Below are positions 41,618 through 55,120 of a stretch of 64,000 nucleotides of DNA, one piece after another. The stretch is taken from NCBI GenBank assembly GCA_012295275.1, contig CM022665.1:12524001-12588000 (forward strand), given 5' to 3'. This DNA comes from Chrysomallon squamiferum. Its lineage: Eukaryota; Animalia; Mollusca. The number at the start of each line of letters is the position of its first letter. Position 1 is the first letter of the stretch. Both the position numbers and the translations under genes were made by a program. The notes beneath the pieces were generated by a model, which made no database searches, was not told the DNA's origin, and saw only the letters and a list, made by a program, of their open reading frames with translations.

Positions 41618-44600
41618 TAATTTATTTTCAGTGTAAATTAATTACCATAAATAATATTTTTACAGGGAAATATTAAAGGGCCTCATGCAAAAGGCTATGT
41701 GCAGGAATATCAAGACCGGGAGGGCAGCACTTCCCTGATTTTCTCCCTGCAAGAGAAGGTTGGAGCTTTGGCAGAAGCCTTGAAGATCTTTGAGGTAATT
41801 TTATATTAATTATCAAAATGATAATGATGGTGTTTATTTTTGTATCTCTGAATGTGTATATGATGATGATAATGATGATGATAACAACTATAATTTTCAG
41901 AATCATCATGTAAACCTACATCACATTGAATCTCGACCATCAAAAGAAAACTCGGAGCTGTATGAATTTTTCGTGGCTTGTGATGACACTAAAGGAGGGT
42001 TGAAGGAAGCCATTGAAGAGTTAAAACATAAGACTGATGAACTTACTGTTTTGACAAGAAGCCATGGTGACCAGCCTGATGAAGGTATGTTTCAGTTTTG
42101 TTTTATTGAAATGAATTCATTTAATTGTGAGGGGTTTTCAGAAAACATTGTGAAATTTTTATTTCTCCAGATGTGTAACTTATCTTGTGTGAAACTAAAA
42201 TAGTGGAGATTTTAAAAAATATATATATTTACAAAAATATTTTTTATTATTATTATTTTATAAGGTAATAGTGTGTTTGTGTTTTTGGTTTTGTGTTGTG
42301 TGTTGTGTGTTATGTGTTTATGGTTTAGTGTTTATGTTTTATTTTGATTTGTGTATGTGCAAAACACTTTAATTTTATTCTCTGTAATGATGCATGAAAA
42401 TGTCTTTTATTGCAGCAAAATATATTTTACATTGTGCTGACATCTTCATAGAATAAGAAAACATTTCTCCTTCAGAAATGTGTATGAAAGAAAACAACAT
42501 CATTACAAACTTTAAACTTGATAAATAGGGCACTGATACATCACCTTTTCTTCAGTGCAGTAATGTGATGGGTGGCTTTTTATAGGTCAGATTGTTTACT
42601 TGTATCACAAGTACACTGACAATAATTTATGTAGTGAAGCTATACATATTTATATAGTGTTTACTGTTCCACTTGTATTTTTTCCATGCCTGAAGGGTGT
42701 AGAGGCACTGAAGTAGTGCAATATAGAAAAATTAATAGACCATAACAAAATGTATGAAGTAAAATAATTCTGAAGTTTGGCATCTCCTAGGTAGAATTTA
42801 TGGTGCTTGAACTTTTCGTATTTATTATTAAAATGTAAATGATGATGATGAATTAAATAAGCGAACAAATATTTTTTTAAATAATAATTTAATGCAAAAT
42901 TGCCATATTTTCAGTTTATCATGAGCTTGTTATTTTATTTTCATAATATTGTTTTATTAACAAAGATTTGTGTCCAGTAACCAATAAACCATTTATATTC
43001 GAGTATACACAATGTATTTACATTATCTGCTTTTTAATTTGTTTTTGTGTTTTTGCATATGATGCATGAATGTTTGCTGAATATGCATATTACTTTAATT
43101 TCATTCTCTGTAATAAATTATATATTTTTTTTTTTTTTTTTTTATTTCCTGTGTTTTTCATGACTTAGAGCTGTTGTTTTCTTTACATTATGTAACCAGG
43201 GTGTACCTTAAAACTTAGACATGGTATAACAGGTTGGTAAATAAGATAAGCATTTGCACAGAATTTGAATTTAAGCAGTAGGAAAGTCATGGTGGTGGTA
43301 TCTTAAACCTTACAACAGTCTTAAATAATGATAAAATCAGCTTTATTATAATGAGATAATTTTAAATGTAACAAGAATAGCAGCAACCTTTTTAATATTT
43401 TAACACTGAACTTCAGGAAAATTATTTATTTATTATTTTGGTTTGTTGTTAATTCGTGATGTCATATTATTTGTGTGTGTGTGTGTGTGTGTTTGTGTGC
43501 ATGCATGATGATGATGATGATGAAAATGGAATGTTTTCCCCTCTATTTCAGTTCCCTGGTTTCCCAGGAACATCAAAGAACTGGACAGGTTTGCAAACCA
43601 GATTCTTAGCTACAGAGCTGAACTAGATGCCGATCACCCAGTAATTTTTATAGTAAAATATTAAAATATAACATAGATTATAATTATAATTATCGTTATT
43701 TATATTCTGCATAACCATTTTGTAAAATACACAACTGGCTCATCTTAATAGTAAATAAAATGTGTTGAGATGTCATTAAACAAAATTAATTTATTCGGTT
43801 TTTACACCTATGTTAACATTCCTTTCTTGCATTTCAACTTGTACTTTATGAAACAGTGTTTCTTAAATTAGTGAATGTTCATTTAAGTGTGAATGATATT
43901 TTTTTTTGGGGGGTGAATCAAATTAAAGGGAGAAGACTATGACAACAATTACCAAAAAAAGGTTTATAAATTTAGTCAGTAAATTAATTTTTGTAATAAA
44001 GACTCTAGGATGAAAGTCACTTAAATAATTTAAGAAGCATTGCTAAACAGTGATGCTGTGATAATTTAAAAACAGAGAAAAATGAGGAATATAAAACCTT
44101 TATTCCTGAAGATTGGCGTCTTCTATCAAAATACAATATGTAAAAGCTGTAGACTTAAATCTCCTCATAATATATAATAAAGTAATATAATGTAGATGTA
44201 TATGTGATATATTCATGTTTAATAACTTTCATACTTGTTCTTTTCAGGGTTTTACTGACCCTTTTACAGGGCAAGAAGAAAGGAGTTTGCTGATATTGCT
44301 TTCCATTACAAACAGTAAGAACAGTGATTCCTATAAATAAATTAAATACTCACAAACACACTTTCATGCACTCTCACAAACATGCAGACACACAATACAT
44401 ACTCTTACTCATTCACAAGATTACATCTACACATACCTATCTGTATTTGTACATACAGAGAGAGAGAGAGGTAATAATACTGAACACAGAAAGACAAATA
44501 GATAGAAGTATGCAAACAGAAATAAAAACAAAATCAAAATATTATTATTGTTTTAAAATATATTAGCTCTATGAATCAGCATTATTAATGAACATATTTA

Positions 44601-45969
44601 AAAATATGATATTGTTTATTCTAATATCAAAGTTTTAAGTATGTTTCAGTGGCACTCCAATTCCAAGAGTTGAATACACAGAGGAAGAAAAAAAGACTTG
44701 GTTTGTACATTTAACTAATTGTTTCAAACAAAACAGATTTATTTTTGTATAAGATTCTGGGATTTTATTTTATTTATTTTATTTTATTATGTTATGTTTT
44801 ATGTAATGTTATGTTGTTACATTATGTACATTACATTATTTTATTTTATTTCATTTCATTTCATTATTTAATTTTAATTTTAATTTTAATTTTAATTTCA
44901 AATGTCCTTACCTGTAGTGTTGTGTTCTTTTAAATTATTTAATTTTTGATTGTTTTTTAGGGGTGTAATATATTCTGAACTGGCAAAACTGTACAAGACA
45001 CATGCATGTCGTGAATTCAATCATGTGTTTCCTCTTCTTATTGACAACTGTGGTTACCGTGCCGACAACATTCCACAGCTACAAGACATTTCTGATTTCC
45101 TCAAAGACAAGTGATTTGTTTTTAAAATTGTTGTTACTGTTTTTAATAAATTAATAAGTATCAAAATACAAATTGATATAATTATTTTAAAATAATAATA
45201 ATTAGCAGTAAGTAGTAATAGTAATAGTGATGGTAATAGTAGTAGCAGTAGCATCAGTAATACTTAAAATAAAACACTAACAAATAAAAATAATAATAAA
45301 ATAATAAAAATGGAAAAAATGGTAATAAACAAACAAATAAGTAAATAAATAAGTTTTAATTTCCAGACTGTACTGGTTTCACACTGAGACCTGTGGCTGG
45401 TTTGTTGTCATCAAGAGACTTCATCGCTGGTTTGGCTTTCCGAGTTTTCCACTCTACACAGTACATACGTCACAGCTCTAAACCCAATTTCACTCCACGA
45501 TCGTAAGTTTTTCCTCATTTAATTAATTTAGAAATAATTTCTACGTGCTGAGAATCCATATATTGAATATTGATCTTTTAAAAAAAAAAAAAAAAATTAG
45601 GAAAAAGAATCATATGTAATAATCATGTACATGTATTAAACTTAATTTGTATAATTATCTAAATATATATTTAGCTTAATCAACTTAACGTCTGTGCTTG
45701 TAAAAAAATGCAAATCTTTAAAATTTTATTTAATAGATATATATATATGTGCTTATTTTTAAAATGTTATTATATGTTAATGTATATATATATATATATA
45801 AATAATTTATAAAATATATATATATATTTAAAAAATAAACGTATTATTATTAAAAAAAATTAATGAAATTATGTGTCTTTAATGGTTTTGGGTTCAGTGA
45901 TATTATCTGGGTTATTTAACCATTTAACTATCAGAACAGTAAGTTGTTTTTGTTTTGTTTGTTTTTTGT

Positions 45970-46008
<39 letters not shown>

Positions 46009-49000
46009 TGGGAGGTTTTGGAGTAATTTTCATTTTTCAGTAATATAGGTTGGTGTTTTTTTAATTATTAAAAAGTTTGGAAATTAAAAAATGAATTTAA
46101 GAAGTGTTACATTATAATATTGAAAAATGCTGGTGACAGCTTTTTATTTTGAAGTGTACTTACTTAACTGAGAACAATATTTTTATACTTTTAAAATAAA
46201 TTACAAAAAATATGGATGCAGTTTCTACTTTTTGTAAAATTATTAGTATTTTTTCAAATTAATTTAAGTGACGTCTGCCACGAAGTTCTGGGTCACGTAC
46301 CTCTGCTTGCTGATCCTGCATTTGCTCAGTTCTCACAGGAAATTGGTCTTGCAAGTCTTGGAGCTCCAGAAGAATACATTCAGAAACTTGCAACAGTTAG
46401 TTCTTCAATTACAGACATTAATTAATTGTCAGTTAATTAAATAAATATATATATAAATAAACAAACATATAAGTAAATGCTAGTAATTAAATAAACAACC
46501 AAATAATCTGTAAAAATAAATTTAAAAAGGCAATAATAAAACAAACAATCAAATAAATATATAAATGTTATTAAATTAAATAAATACTTTTTTTACATAA
46601 TAAATAAATAGCAAGTAAATAACTTAATACTAATAAATTAATTAAATAAAAACTAGTAAGTAAATCAGTGTAAATAAATAAATACATTTTGTTAATATAT
46701 TAAAATAGCAACTGGTAAAATAAATTTAGTAAATTAAATAATAAATAAATACAATATACCCACACACTAAACATTTACATTGTTTATCACATAGATAATA
46801 TCAGTGGTAGTACATAAATACATACAATGCTGTTGTTATTTATTTATTTTGAAGTTTAAATAAAGTGTTTTTTCAAACTTTTGAAACCTGTTTTATCATT
46901 TCTTGTTGGTAAATTTAAAAATAATAACCTGTTTTTGTTTTCCAATTTTAAATGTTGTTTATGAATTTTTTTCTTCAAATTTTAAAAATCTAAATTGCTA
47001 TATCTTTCTCTTTTTTTGGTGTTTAGTATAAGTTTTAGTATTTTTGTAATTTTAAATATCAATTAAGAAAATAATTTACTGGTTTACAGTGGAGTTTGGA
47101 CTGTTGACAGGAAGGTCATCTTAAAGCACATGGGGCTGCACTTCTGTCATCATTTGCAGAATTGCAGGTTTCTGTGTATATATATATGTGTGTGTGTGTG
47201 TGTTATATATATATATTTTATCTGGTACATTTTTTTAGTCTGTTGTTATTATTATTTTATTTTTTTTTACTCCTACACCCGATATTTGTGACATTAGTTT
47301 TCAGTTTCTTATTTATTCATTTTATTTCATTTCATTTCATTTGTTTTATTTTATTTTATATATGGGGTTTACTTCACATCATTTTATTTTCCAGTTTTTA
47401 AAATTTCAGTTTATGTATTAACCATTACACACTTTTTTTAAATTTATTATTTCAGTCTAGTTTAACTAACCTAACATTTTATATTATTATCCTTTGACTT
47501 GATAAAAATTGGAAATTTAAATCTAAAGTTTATTAGTTCCCAACATTTCTCACACTAAATTATATTTATCAAAAAGTGTATGTTTTAATTTTGTTTTACT
47601 TATATATTATTACCTCTTGTTATTTACCTCTTGTTATTTAATATTTTCATCAGTACTGCCTGTCAGATAAATCTGAAAAACTACCATTTGATCCTGCAGT
47701 AACTTCTGTTAGGAAATACCCAATCACATCATACCAGCCAGTTTATTTTGTTGCCGACAGCTTTGAGGATGCAAAAGAAAAACTTGTGTACGTTGAAGAT
47801 AAAGATTCTTATTTTATTATTATTTAATAGATTGTATTTTAGTGTTTTCATTTTGTTTTTGTTAACTATTCACATCAGATCATGTTACAGTTAATTAAAA
47901 CTATGGTGAATGTGTCATTAAATATAATTTTTTCCCCCTTTTTCTCCATTTTATTTTAATTTAATGATGATTTTTTTTCTCTGTTTTATTATTAATAGTG
48001 TTTTGAGATGAAGGATTTAATGTTTTGCAGCAAGCAGGGATTTGTTATGTCAACTGATTCCCTATATACACTGAGTGGTTCATATGTAACATGGCAAAAT
48101 TTCTATTGAAATGAAATTTAAATTTTTTAAATAAAGCTATATAAATTTTAGTTGTCTTAATTGCTGCACAGCATAGTGATAAAGCCTATAAAATGAAAAG
48201 CTTTCCTGAAAATCAAAACATATTTATACTGAAAACTTTTTTATCTTTTTAGAATTTGTTGCTTGTTTCAAAAGCAATAGATCTCTTTAATATCATCATC
48301 AAACATTAAAGTTGTAAGCACTATAATATAATTTTATTTCTTTAAAAAAAAACAAATGCTTTATTTCTAACAGGGCTTTTGCACAAACCATTCCCCGGCC
48401 ATTCACTGTCAGATACAACGCATACACTCAGAGTGTGGAGGTCATAAACAGCAAGGAACAAGTCATCAATCTGACCAGAACCATCAAAGGTGAAGTCCAG
48501 AAATAAAACAGTCATAAAATCATTGTAATGGCATTTTATAAATATTATTTATGAAATTATAATAATTGCCTTTTTAAAAAGGTTATCATCACTTAGGTTC
48601 TCTTGTAATTTCTTTTCTAAAATTATATATGGAAGTCTTTCACAAATATATATATATGCAGATAAATTAACAGAAATATGTAGATATGAAAATATACAAA
48701 CAGATACACACAACAATAATTTACATTGATGATTTAAGGTTCTTTGTTCATATCATTAATATTAATGGTCTTTAGTGGGGGGTTTTAAACTGACATGCTT
48801 AATTTAATACTGAGGAAGTATTAGGAACAGTCTCAAAATGTTTTTAAAAATAAGAAGGAAAGCAAAACCTGCTTACCAAATGAATAATGTAAAAATATAT
48901 TTCAGAGTATTATGTTTCAAGTAGAGATTGTTTTTGTTTTGTTTTGTATTGTTTTACAACAACTGTGATAAATAATTGATCTATTTTAGGTGATCTTGGA

Positions 49001-49817
49001 CTTCTTGAAGATGCTCTTTCTAAAATCACCAATATGAAATGAACAGCAAGAAGAAGAACAGATGTTTAATTCATTTGTGAATTAATTTACTGAACGATCA
49101 TCAACAGGATGTCACATTTGAACTGCCATAGCAAAAAACAATAATAATTTTTATTTATTTTATTTTTTAATTTACTTCCTCTTATTATTATTAATGAATT
49201 AATTTATTTTATTATTTATTTATTTATTTTTTATTAATTGCTGATGTTTTCATTATTCAAAACTTAATACTAATATATTTAGATACATTTGTTCACATTG
49301 GGATATATACTTAATTTGGCATTTATGTTTGTGAGTATATAGTATAATAATAAATATATTCAAGATTTTACAAATGTCTCATATTTGTACACAGGTAATC
49401 TTAAATATACATATATATTTATTTTTTAGATCATGAACTTTTTATTTTGTTAACTTATTAATTATTCACATGTTTATTGTGACAGGTGTTTTTATTGTTG
49501 ATTGTAGAGATGAGTAAAATGGACCAGTGAAAACAGATATCTGCTGCAGTCTAGAAAGTTATGATAGAGAATAATTTGTTAGCTTCTTAACAAACAAATA
49601 AAAATAAATACATAATAATTAAATAAATAAATAAATAAATAAATAATCCAGTTTTCATATATTATGGTAACTACAAAATTTAATTATCAGTATAAAATTT
49701 ACTACAATGCTGGTGTAGTACTTTGCAGTATTTATGTTTTATAAGCAAACACACACACACAAACACACACACACACACGCACGCACACTCCAGCGAAACG
49801 TGATCGATGCGCTTTAA

Positions 49818-50367
49818 ATGGATCCGTCGTTAGCACAGGCATCGGTTGATAACACATTCCGCCATCGATCGATTATTTGACATGAAGGGGAAGTCGGTTC
49901 AGTTAATGTGTTGAATTCTGTGTGTTTTCCTTCTCCTCGGTCACATTTCACAAATACGTTATAATCAAGATTCTTGTCAGAAGTATAGCATTAACGAACA
50001 TGCGTATGAGAATGGCTAAAGTATTTCTGATGTCGGTTTTCATAAGATTTTTGCAGATGACAGTCCAAACTAGCCTCTGTTTTTATTATATATATGACGT
50101 GTTTAAGGCTACATGTGTGCAACAAATAACTATTTTTAAAGGAAAGCATAATTTAACTCTAGCTAAAAAAGCATTCCAATTTTACCTAATTGTTTGGGGT
50201 AGGCCTGCAGTTATTTTCTTCATACACTATAAATGATAAACAGTTGCATACGCTAGTAACACAGATAACAGGATGGCAGAGGGTTTATTTGCAGCCGAAC
50301 TTGCCTAAAATATCGATCAATCGATGGATGCGCCACCGGCCGACTATTGCGCGAACGATGGATTCAT
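49818..50367. mobile_element. MITE-like element with ~60-bp CpG-rich terminal inverted repeats
   Basis: 49818-49878 (atggatccgtcgttagcacaggcatcggttgataacacatt...gatcgattattt) aligns with the reverse complement of 50307-50367 (atgaatccatcgttcgcgcaatagtcggccggtggcgcat...gatcgatatttt). Differences are mostly transitions. Confidence 0.7.
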
Positions 50368-50621
50368 CGATAATGCTGCGCAGCTGATGGATGGCGCAGT
50401 ATGAGTATATAGTAACGCATATATTTTAAATCATGTAATCAAGAAAATTATATATGGGATGTGGTATTGATAAATATAAATATTTTTCATCAGTGTTACT
50501 AATCAAAACACGCTGCCCAGGTTTAAAAATGTTTCGTATAAGTACAAAAAGAAAAATCGAATTATATTTTTTTAATCAGGGGGTGAAAAAGAACGTTTCA
50601 GTACTTACCTTTTATAAACAA

Positions 50622-50652
<31 letters not shown>

Positions 50653-51083
50653 ATGTATCGTGTTAGCTTAAGTTTAAAATGTAGAAAATAAACATGGATT
50701 TTATCACTTTATTGTATCTTTTTATTTCTAGAATAAAGTCAAAAACAAGTACTTTTATTTTATTGATAACTGTCTTCATATTGAAAGACATGAATAAACG
50801 CTTGTTAATAGTAAGCATTCTTAGTAATAAAATAATTAAGTTATTTATGAAAAAAAATTCCAGTTTAAAAGAAAATCAATTTCCTTTTATGCAAGAGAAA
50901 TAAAACTTTGCTTGATGAACAATGCGACTTCGTATGTTTTCACTGTTTCCTTTTTAGTTTATTAATTACCCTTCACTTGCAAGAAAACTGCATCAAAGTC
51001 ACTGCTATATTTTCCTGTCTCTATGTTTTATTTATTCACTCAGCAAGGGAATTTTATTTATTTATCTCATTATTTTTATTATT

Positions 51084-51124
<41 letters not shown>

Positions 51125-52461
51125 GTTTAGTTGTATTAATAGCAGTAGCAGTAGTTACCTTTTTATTTATATTATTCTTATTATATTTTTTTTTTATTTA
51201 TTTATTTATTTTTAGTTATAGTAGTAATTATTTATTTATTACTATTATTATTGTTGTTGTTGTTATTATTTTTGGACACTGATACAATTTTGTCGGATCA
51301 GGGGTACTTTGATGTTTACCTTTTATTACGTAGAAAGTACATACCACGGTCTTTAATAACTATAATCATCAGACCATTCTAGAATTGGAAAAAGTGCCAG
51401 TATGCAGATTTTTACTTACGTTTCATATTTACAGTTTTATTTATCAAATCCTATTCGATTTATTTTGTTAAAAAATTAGGAGATATTTTTAAATGGGCTT
51501 CCGGTATAAAACTATCGAAATTAATTTTAGCCTTTAAAATAAATACCAGAAATAAATGTGAAATACTCAACGGGATGGCGTACACCTAATTTTTAGTTTT
51601 TAATTTATGTCCAATTTATATATTAATACGGAGTCAAAGACGTTAGTTTAGCATAGCACTGGTGAGAGTAGAAATATTACATATCATTATCAAATATCTA
51701 TAAATTACAGACTGGTAAAAATAGGCATTATAATAGACACTTTAAAAGACAGCGTTTTGAGAGTGATGTAGAAATAAATAATAATGAAAACATTTAGCTT
51801 ATAGCGTCTGCTTCCCTTCTTTTCAACCATAGCCTCGCGAACTTTAGCTTACATTTAGATCCTAAAACTGTGTTCCATAACTGATTATAATTACTTTATA
51901 TATTTTGAATGAATTCCATCAGTGCCAATATATATTTTCCCCCCATCCATTAACAAATCATAAAATTTTTATCAATAAAGAAAAGGAAATGCTTATTAAC
52001 GTAAGATGATTTATTCAAATAAACTACGGTCTTAATGCTGAAATATTTATAACAAAATGCAGTTCTTAATACTGAATGTATTTCAAATATTAAAGACAAT
52101 ACAATGAATTCACACTGTGAAATGTCAGATATTTTCAAAGGCAGCTGATTTTCCTTTTCCCTTTAAAAAGAAGAAAAAAAAAAGAGTATCTTATGCATTA
52201 TACTGAGCATAAAATATACTAGTTATCCCTAACTTGTGGTATTTCTTCAAAAAGTTCATATAAAAAATAATAAATAGATAAATAAAAAAAAGGAAAAGAA
52301 AGAAAGAAAGAAAAGATCCTATATTTCTTAGTTCCAAAATGAGAGAAACCAGTATATCTTTCTTAAACTTTCAGTATCTCTAATCTATACCAGTTAATTC
52401 TGAATATTCAGTTACTTTTTAGAAACGAAGTCTTTGATGTATTTGTAACATATTAATTATT

Positions 52462-52709
52462 CAGTGACGGATTAACCATGATAGGGCCGGGAGCACACAC
52501 TTTTCTTGGGCCGTTTTAAAATAATTGAATGTTTTATATCTGAATACATACATATATACATACATACATACATACATACATACATACATACATGCACACC
52601 CAAACATAAAACAGACTGCGTATGCAAATATCTGCTCAGTTTTTCATCAACTTTTAGGCTGGTCTTAATCTCGGGCCTGGGGTGTATGTCCTATTATAAT
52701 CAGCCACTG
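52462..52709. mobile_element. hAT-like MITE
   Basis: Ends CAGTGACGGATTA and TAATCAGCCACTG are inverted copies, with internal gggcc motifs. The 8-bp flanks taattatt and tatatatt resemble a decayed target-site duplication. Confidence 0.6.
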
Positions 52710-53249
52710 TATATATTTCACAAACTTAACTGTTCCGCAAATTGATTTATATGTCAAATAATGGACGGGTGGGGGGGGGATCATGATATGTACATTCTGT
52801 TTTACGTACACAGTATTAGGGCCTGTCTGTGAATAATATTTTTACAGTCAGAGATGAAACAGTGTAGACAGTCTTCCATTATTAAAAGTTAAAGATGACT
52901 TTTAATTGAAAACACATTGAATTATGCTAAATCTGGAATATGGGGAGCGCGGTTGCAGTCAAAACAGCGCTAAACACGTTTGGTATGCTTTCAGTTAATT
53001 GTGTTAGTGGTATTCAAATAATAAACTTAGCTGATAATAAAGTATAAAAATAAAATAAGTTCATTTAGATATCTGGATATTAATGGTTATTTCTGTTTTT
53101 CATGACATTTTATTTCGTACATAGACAAAGGTAGCATCCAAAGCTCATCTCAGTTCTGTCACCTTACATGCAAAAGTTAGAGTTAAATTCAACTGAAACA
53201 ATCACTTGGTTATGCAAAATATATTTTAAAAACAAACGCAATAGTTTGT

Positions 53250-53375
53250 AACAGCTGTCAGATGAGAAAGGAGGTGTGGTCAACATCAACCAATCAACAT
53301 TACGACAGCAAAGGGGCTGTTTTCTTTTTTCGAGGTTAAGGTCATTTGTCATCAGTTTGAAGTCGAATAGTAGCA
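53250..53375 (+). promoter_or_regulatory. PAH copy 2 proximal promoter/5'UTR with CCAAT box, conserved with copy 1
   Basis: ctgtcaga...ggaggtgtggtcaacatcaaCCAATcaac (CCAAT 53290-53294) and tcatttg..atcagttt align with 37832-37941 upstream of copy 1 (CCAAT 37868-37872). Confidence 0.55.
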
Positions 53376-55046
53376 ATGGATGCACCTTTTGCAAAACGAA
53401 GACGCTTTGAAAAAGAAAATGGAGGAAAGGTACGTTATCATATCTGATGCAGAAACGAGTTTCATAAATTATAATGAATTATAATCAGCGCATCTGAACT
53501 GTCATTCGCAATTTTTATGTTTTTCTAGTAGAACAGATTCGTTGAATAATACTTAATATTATGTTAGCGATATTATGGATATATATAAATGCAGTTATTG
53601 ATACAGTCGTATTAGAATATGCCAAATTGCATGGAGTCTGATATTTTAAAATTAACGCGTAAAAATATTAAGTAGAAATCGGTTATGTATTGATCACGCG
53701 ACCCCATTACTATATTGATTTTCTATGGACTAGGAGGAGAAAACAATTTTGAATATTCATAAGTTGCGACGCCCACTAGTTTCTTGTAAAATAATTCTGT
53801 GATTTCACACTGATAATATTAATTAACAATAAAATTATTAGTCTTCATGAAATAAGAGTTGATGGAAATATATACTGATTACACTTTATTAATATTGGGC
53901 ATTTTTTACTTCTTATTATAAATAATGTAGCAGACGTAAAAACTGTAACAACATCATATGACCACAGTTTGCACGTACATTGCATCATTACAGTTGTATG
54001 TCACGAACATAATGATCATAAATCACATATACTCATTATTATTTACGTGAACCAAAACGAGTTTAGTAAATAAATGTTTTAGAGGTGTATTTTTTTTTGT
54101 GGGGGGTGGTTCTTAATATTTAGTAAAAATGAATTTTTTTTTCTTTTTTAAATATACTTTTGGAGAAATGAAAAAATATTCTAAATAAATTCTGAATACT
54201 TATAAGTTTTGTTTTATATGTTCTTTCTTCTCCTTCTTCTTTTTCTTATTTATTTATTTATTTATTTTTCTTCTTTTTTTTTTCTTTTTTTTTCTGTCCA
54301 GTGTCAAAGTAAACAATGAAGGTATACAGTTTAAAAATATCTGGGCACAGCCATGATTCTGTAGTCATGACGTCATCACATACAGAGCAGATTGATTTGC
54401 TCTGAAGTTATTATTACCTCTTGTGTAAGAAAAATAAAGTTATCACACTGTCGCACACATACACTGGTGTCACAGTCTCAGTTCAAATGTTTTGTAACAT
54501 TATTATTTTATTGGCAAACTTTGTTACGAATAATCATAGCTCACCCAAAAACAATAAAATAACAACTTTGAAATATAAAAGAAAATTTATTAGACCATTT
54601 ATTCATATGGCTGCAGGTTCACTTTAACATAACCAATCTGTTTGGTAAACAGTTTTCCACTGAAAATATGTATATAACTGAAAATATTAACGTGGCTTGC
54701 ATCATTAAGAGGTAAAGGCTTATTTCCCAGGGCAAAGCCATTAATACAAATACATTATCTGAGTAACAGGTCAAGATGTTGTGTTGATCACATTTCTTAC
54801 TGCAGGCAGTGTGATAAGCTATTGTTTTTCTTTTATGCTCAGTATTACATGGGTAATACTCCAAAAAAATAATACTTATGAATATAATGGATTTTTATTT
54901 TTTCCCCCTTCTCTCTCTCTTTTTTTTTTTTCAATGTTTCAATCAAACAGTTTGCATTCTCTAACATATGGATATTTTTATTTTCTCCATTGTTTTTATA
55001 TATTTTTTTATTTGTGTCTTCATTTTCTGTTTCTAATTGCCCTTTT

Positions 55047-55120
<74 letters not shown>

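Larger units (their letters stand above)
37942..49042 (+). pseudogene. PAH: Phenylalanine-4-hydroxylase, copy 1; probable unprocessed (duplicated) pseudogene
   Basis: Thirteen exons: 37942-37995, 41666-41794, 41901-42084, 43552-43640, 44248-44314, 44650-44700, 44961-45106, 45367-45502, 46269-46395, ~47074-47167, 47654-47787, 48374-48489, 48990-49042. PAH motifs [47 protein letters not shown] and IYWFTVEFG are present. Lesions: 1-nt deletion near 44263, donor ACAAGT at 45107, TPEP>TPRS, 2-nt deletion near 47105, no AG at the expected exon 10 acceptor, YGAG>HGAA, SFGE>SFAE, YGAE>YRAE. Confidence 0.88.

Noticed and set aside
37942-49042. Calling the hydroxylase TH or TPH
   Set aside because: The short N-terminus, [31 protein letters not shown] and exon sizes all fit PAH better.
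50908-51282. Hydrophobic ORFs resembling membrane proteins (also 35542-35751, 54781-55155, 22617-22901, 47162-47401)
   Set aside because: They are translations of T-rich or microsatellite low-complexity DNA.
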